DNA from: Gammaproteobacteria bacterium
Lineage (GTDB): Bacteria > Pseudomonadota > Gammaproteobacteria > Xanthomonadales > Marinicellaceae
DNA: 61,290 nt
Reading direction: 5' to 3'
NCBI GenBank assembly: GCA_030432115.1
Contig: JAUIHY010000001.1
Span: 1 to 61,290, forward strand
A program made the translations under genes and the position numbers. The notes under the pieces are model-generated. The model saw only the letters and a program-made list of their open reading frames with translations, ran no database searches and was not told where the DNA came from. Positions 57,247 through 61,290 of this stretch are shown one piece after another (positions within the stretch are counted from its first letter, which is position 1; each line of letters starts with the position of its first letter).

Positions 57247-58719
57247 ATGAACAAATTCTGGTTATTGATGGTATTGAGTTCTGCTTGGGTTCATGCAGAA
57301 AAATTGCACAACCAAAAACATGATGAACTGTTGGTTATCAATGCCATGGTAGTGGCAGGTGTCGGCACACCTGCCGAAGGCCCATATGACATCCACATCA
57401 AAAAAGGTATCATCCATGACCTCAAAGCCAGCAAAGATGACAGTGACCTGCGAAAAGAAATTAAACAGCAAATAGATGCCAAAAATGGCCATGTATTGCC
57501 TGGCTTTATCAACATGCATGCCCACAGCATGAATACACGGGCAGGCATAGATATGTCACAACCTTATCAACATTACCTGTGGCTCTCAGCTGGTATCACC
57601 ACCATACGAGACCTTGGCAGCAATTTAGAACAAACACTCAAGAACAAAGCCGACAGCACCAAAGGCGATATCATAGCCCCCAGAATTTTTGTCTATCCGG
57701 GCATCTGGGGTAACCACACAGAAAAAGACTTGAAAGCAAGAATGTCAGACCTACTGAAAAAAGACATTGACGGTTTCAAGTTTGGCATGATGGACAAACA
57801 AACCTTTAATGCGGCTTCGGAAATAGCTCAAAAACACAACATGCCGGTGGCCAACCATGTTGGTGTCGAGGACATGAATGCATGGGACAACATCAAAGCA
57901 GGCACCACCACCATTGAACATTGGTACGGTGTACCCGATGCGGCTTTGCACGGTGTTCAAAATTTTCCAGCTGACATGAATTACAGCAATGAATTACACC
58001 GCTTCCGTTATGCTGGTCGCTTGTGGCGTGAAGCACAACCCGAAAAATTAAAACAAGTGTTGAATGCCATGGCAGAAAATGGCGTGGCTTGGGACCCAAC
58101 GTTGGTCATCTACGAAGCCTCTAGAGATTTACAAAGAGCAGTGACGTCACCTTGGTTTCAGGATTATCTCCACCCGGGCTTAGAAAAATTCTTTCAACCC
58201 GATGCCGATTCGCATGGCTCATTTTTTTGGGGTTGGACTTCTGAAGATGAAACCCACTGGAAAAACAATTACCAAATTTGGTTCAAAGCCTTGCGTCAAT
58301 TTTCTGATTTAGGCGGCACCATCACCACGGGTGAAGACGGTGGCTACATTTATCAGCTTTTTGGTTTTGGCTACCTGCGCGAACTGCAATTACACCAAGA
58401 AGCTGGCTTTCACCCCTTGGAGGTGATCAAACACGCCACAGTAAATTCAGCAAAAGTCTTGGGACAAGGCAACCATTTAGGTCAAATCCGCATCGGCTAC
58501 GCCGCAGATATGGTTATTGTGAACGGTAACCCTTTAGCAGACTTTCAAGTTTTGCTACCCAGAAACATCAAACCCATCACCGGTGATGAAACCACCGGCG
58601 GCATCACATGGACGATAAAAGATGGCATTCCTTACCATATCCCAACCTTATTGAAATCGGTTAAGGACATGGTTAAGGAATCAAGAGCAGAACACAAAAT
58701 TGATTATCTGGTTAACTAG
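57247..58719 (+). CDS. Exported amidohydrolase family protein
   Basis: LPGFINMHAH, GITTIRD, TIEH, ATVNSAKVLG, GYAADMVIV. Confidence 0.88.
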   Translation: MNKFWLLMVLSSAWVHAEKLHNQKHDELLVINAMVVAGVGTPAEGPYDIHIKKGIIHDLKASKDDSDLRKEIKQQIDAKNGHVLPGFINMHAHSMNTRAGIDMSQPYQHYLWLSAGITTIRDLGSNLEQTLKNKADSTKGDIIAPRIFVYPGIWGNHTEKDLKARMSDLLKKDIDGFKFGMMDKQTFNAASEIAQKHNMPVANHVGVEDMNAWDNIKAGTTTIEHWYGVPDAALHGVQNFPADMNYSNELHRFRYAGRLWREAQPEKLKQVLNAMAENGVAWDPTLVIYEASRDLQRAVTSPWFQDYLHPGLEKFFQPDADSHGSFFWGWTSEDETHWKNNYQIWFKALRQFSDLGGTITTGEDGGYIYQLFGFGYLRELQLHQEAGFHPLEVIKHATVNSAKVLGQGNHLGQIRIGYAADMVIVNGNPLADFQVLLPRNIKPITGDETTGGITWTIKDGIPYHIPTLLKSVKDMVKESRAEHKIDYLVN

Positions 58720-60398
58720 TCGTTCAAACACAAGTGGCTGTAGTGTACATTATCAATTCGGCTTAAGTTGAGAACAAAGCTGTCCGTGTCTGAAACCAAT
58801 GTGGCTTTTAATTGATCACAGGCCGTCATTTCGAGCCTCAAGGAACCAAACACACTTTCTGTTGGTGTGGCTTCGGGATCAAACATGTTGCTGTTTGAAT
58901 ATTCACCCACCAGCATTTCTATGCTTGATTGTGGGTGGACAATATTGGCCACACCTGCCAGCCACAAAGGCGCACCATCTTGGTATGTATACACAGTAGC
59001 GAATATATACTTTGATCCATCACCTCTTTCGCCCGTGTGAATGGAAAGGCCTTGGTTTTTTATTTCTGGGTCATTCCACATGCCATTGATAGAATCACCA
59101 ATTCCCGGCACATATGTCAAAGCCACAATGGATCTCTTGGCCGTAGTTTTATCTTTCAGCATCAAAAACACATCTTGTTCATCTTCGTGTGATGTGACGT
59201 TTTCAACTAAAGCATTGCTGACTGATAAAATAACAAATTCCGAATCAAAACTGACATCTTCTGCAATCAAACTGGGGTTTGTGTAATTGTTGTTTAGGTA
59301 GATTTGGCCCCTACCAGAAGGGTAGTACTCAGGAATGGGAACAAAGGCACCACCTAAATCGGGGATTTCATTCAAATCGGCATCAAAATAAAGTGTACCT
59401 CGAACCGCAGGTGAAATATTAGGCGTAGTCGTTTGAGCAACAATATAATCATTCAAAACTTCAGCGTTATACATATAAATGCCTAAAGAATCTCCATACA
59501 CTTTGTCTGTACCGTCTAAGCTTTGATTCAATCTCACCAACCTACTTTCGTCATTTATATATGTTCTGGCATAAATTCGGTTATTAAATACAAATATTTG
59601 TTCCATACCCGAGGTATTAAATTGCTCACTGAGGTAATTCACTTCACCCGATTCAGACACCATCAAAACATCTGACGTGATGTTATTGCGAAATAAACCG
59701 AAGTAACAAACATCACCCAAACGCCACACTTCATCTGTATCCAAGGAGAAAAAAGCATTGCCTCCTGGAAGGGGAATGTCGGTCAGTACACCGTCTTTTG
59801 ATCGCTTTATGTATGTGGTGGAGTTGGATGAATCAAAGTCAGTGGTGATTAAATCATTGAGCCCAAAAGCACAGACATTGTCAGTGTTAGGGAATCGAAA
59901 CTGATGTTCAGTCACGTTTTCGCCGTCAGTGGCTATGATATTACCGCCCACTGAATGGGAAAAAACCAAACCCTGTGAAGACACCAGGTCTTGATACACA
60001 ATGGAGCTGTCTAATTTAAATGTGCCTGTTTTCGTGCCGTCTGTGCGCCATATTTGTTTTTCTCCATGCTGTTCACCAACCAAGAAAAACACCAAATCTT
60101 CATTCCTTAGCAACTGTTTGGGCTCGGATGAATATTCAGTAGGCACTTGAAAGTTAGCGATTGCTCCTTCAAATAAAGAAACACGGGCATTGCTCTCTGT
60201 GTTTTGTGCCCACAAAGTCATGCCATGTGCTTCTGCTGTTTGAAACAACAAACGGTTACCTAGCAACACGAGATTGGTGTCTGCCAAAGTCAGGTCAGCA
60301 ACGTCTTCAACAACTGTCAGTCTGGATGAGGCCCAGGTCTGAGCAGACAAAAAGGCGAGGATAAGTAATACACTGCACTGTGGTGTTATTTTTTTCAT
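58716..60398 (-). CDS. Secreted ELWxxDGT-like propeller protein with G-x-W C-terminal domain
   Basis: Signal peptide; QIWRTDGT; C-terminal NGMWNDPEIKNQG domain. Confidence 0.75.
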   Translation of the reverse strand: MKKITPQCSVLLILAFLSAQTWASSRLTVVEDVADLTLADTNLVLLGNRLLFQTAEAHGMTLWAQNTESNARVSLFEGAIANFQVPTEYSSEPKQLLRNEDLVFFLVGEQHGEKQIWRTDGTKTGTFKLDSSIVYQDLVSSQGLVFSHSVGGNIIATDGENVTEHQFRFPNTDNVCAFGLNDLITTDFDSSNSTTYIKRSKDGVLTDIPLPGGNAFFSLDTDEVWRLGDVCYFGLFRNNITSDVLMVSESGEVNYLSEQFNTSGMEQIFVFNNRIYARTYINDESRLVRLNQSLDGTDKVYGDSLGIYMYNAEVLNDYIVAQTTTPNISPAVRGTLYFDADLNEIPDLGGAFVPIPEYYPSGRGQIYLNNNYTNPSLIAEDVSFDSEFVILSVSNALVENVTSHEDEQDVFLMLKDKTTAKRSIVALTYVPGIGDSINGMWNDPEIKNQGLSIHTGERGDGSKYIFATVYTYQDGAPLWLAGVANIVHPQSSIEMLVGEYSNSNMFDPEATPTESVFGSLRLEMTACDQLKATLVSDTDSFVLNLSRIDNVHYSHLCLND

Positions 60399-60448
60399 TT
60401 TATAAATCCATTAAATTTAAGTTGTATTATTGTTCTAGAAAAAGTTGT

Positions 60449-61290
60449 TCAATCCTGACAAACATCACGGATGGCTATGTTGTCCATGCGTTTGACTTGA
60501 AATGAGGTTAATGTGTCTTGGATGTCAAAACTGACGTTTAGCTTGTCGCAACTGGCATGTTGTATGGTCATTTCGCCCAGTTGGGTCTGTTCTGCTGCTG
60601 CGTCGGTTTGCCACATGTTCAAGCCGTCAAAGCGATACAAAGGCAGTGTGGCCGATGTCATGTTGCCATCCAGTTCAACCATCCCCGCCATCCAAAGTGG
60701 CGAACCTTCCTGATAGGTATAGACAGCAATGAATAGGTACTCGCTGAGGTTGCCACGAACGCCGTGACTGATCGACAGACCTTGGTTTTTGTATTCGCTG
60801 CTGTGCCAGTGACCACCGGTGTGGCTTGCTAATTTTGTTTGGTCTGTAACTTTGTAAATTAATTGATCATTGGTGGCGACATTAAATGCCATGATATAGG
60901 CATGGTGCCGATTATCTGATGAAACCAACTGTGCACCGTCAACACCGTTCAGTTCTAAGGGTGATGATAGTTGACCATTTGATTCAGAATATAGTTGCAT
61001 GGTGCCGTATCCACCCGCAAACCATGACTTATTGAATAAAATCAGGGATTGGTTACGCCAAAATTGATGATTAGGCCAATCGTATGCATTGAACGGTAGG
61101 TTCTCGATTAAAGTTAAATCCTGGGTAAAATATTCAACCAATGGAACGCTTGGCGATTCAGCCGGCGTGTCATACAAAGCAGCAACTTTACCATTTAAGA
61201 AAACATAGTTTCTCATCGAAAATCGGTTATCTAATTTGTTGTAAGAAGCAACTTCACTGCCATCATTGATATCAAAAGACATCAATGTAG
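60449..61290 (-). CDS. Paralog of the 58716-60398 protein, 3' part only (open to window end)
   Basis: Frame open to the edge; GGHWHSSEYKNQGLSISHGVRG...YTYQEGSPLWMAG aligns with the neighbour. Confidence 0.75.
   Translation of the reverse strand, partial: TLMSFDINDGSEVASYNKLDNRFSMRNYVFLNGKVAALYDTPAESPSVPLVEYFTQDLTLIENLPFNAYDWPNHQFWRNQSLILFNKSWFAGGYGTMQLYSESNGQLSSPLELNGVDGAQLVSSDNRHHAYIMAFNVATNDQLIYKVTDQTKLASHTGGHWHSSEYKNQGLSISHGVRGNLSEYLFIAVYTYQEGSPLWMAGMVELDGNMTSATLPLYRFDGLNMWQTDAAAEQTQLGEMTIQHASCDKLNVSFDIQDTLTSFQVKRMDNIAIRDVCQD

Noticed and set aside
60434-60460. TGTCAG upstream of the 58716-60398 gene
   Set aside because: Coding end of the neighbour; TAGA rather than TGTT at 17 nt.
1-61290. 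CRISPR arrays, rRNA/tRNA genes, transposases, integrases, phage genes
   Set aside because: None recognised; intergenic gaps are short and no spaced direct repeats or such protein motifs were seen.

Overview
Chromosomal window from a Gammaproteobacterium. Gene content and the D-x-(I/L)-(F/W)-x-x-G-F protein tails suggest a Marinicella/Xanthomonadales-like lineage, which is an inference. The core contains housekeeping blocks: lptD-surA-pdxA-rsmA-bioD, bioBFHC, a MoxR/Bat vWA cluster, an M16 peptidase pair, an M3 peptidase, clsC, an ABC permease/ATPase, an orphan GspE/PilB ATPase and sufT. Both ends hold accessory secreted proteins. I found no rRNA, tRNA, CRISPR array or mobile element. The main result is a bipartite motif, TG(T/G)CAG-N17-TGTT(T/A), with an identical 17-nt spacer. 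It sits just upstream of all four CSLREA-type secreted protein genes (one is a partial gene absent from the ORF track) and of an LRR lipoprotein gene. One copy lies back-to-back with a TIGR02999/ECF43-type sigma factor and its coupled membrane Ser/Thr kinase. Together this suggests a phosphorylation-activated ECF regulon for a family of surface proteins with a shared C-terminal tail. Also noted: a second recurrent C-terminal domain, a perfect FNR box, AGGA-loop hairpins, OmpR-type direct repeats and a displaced bioD.
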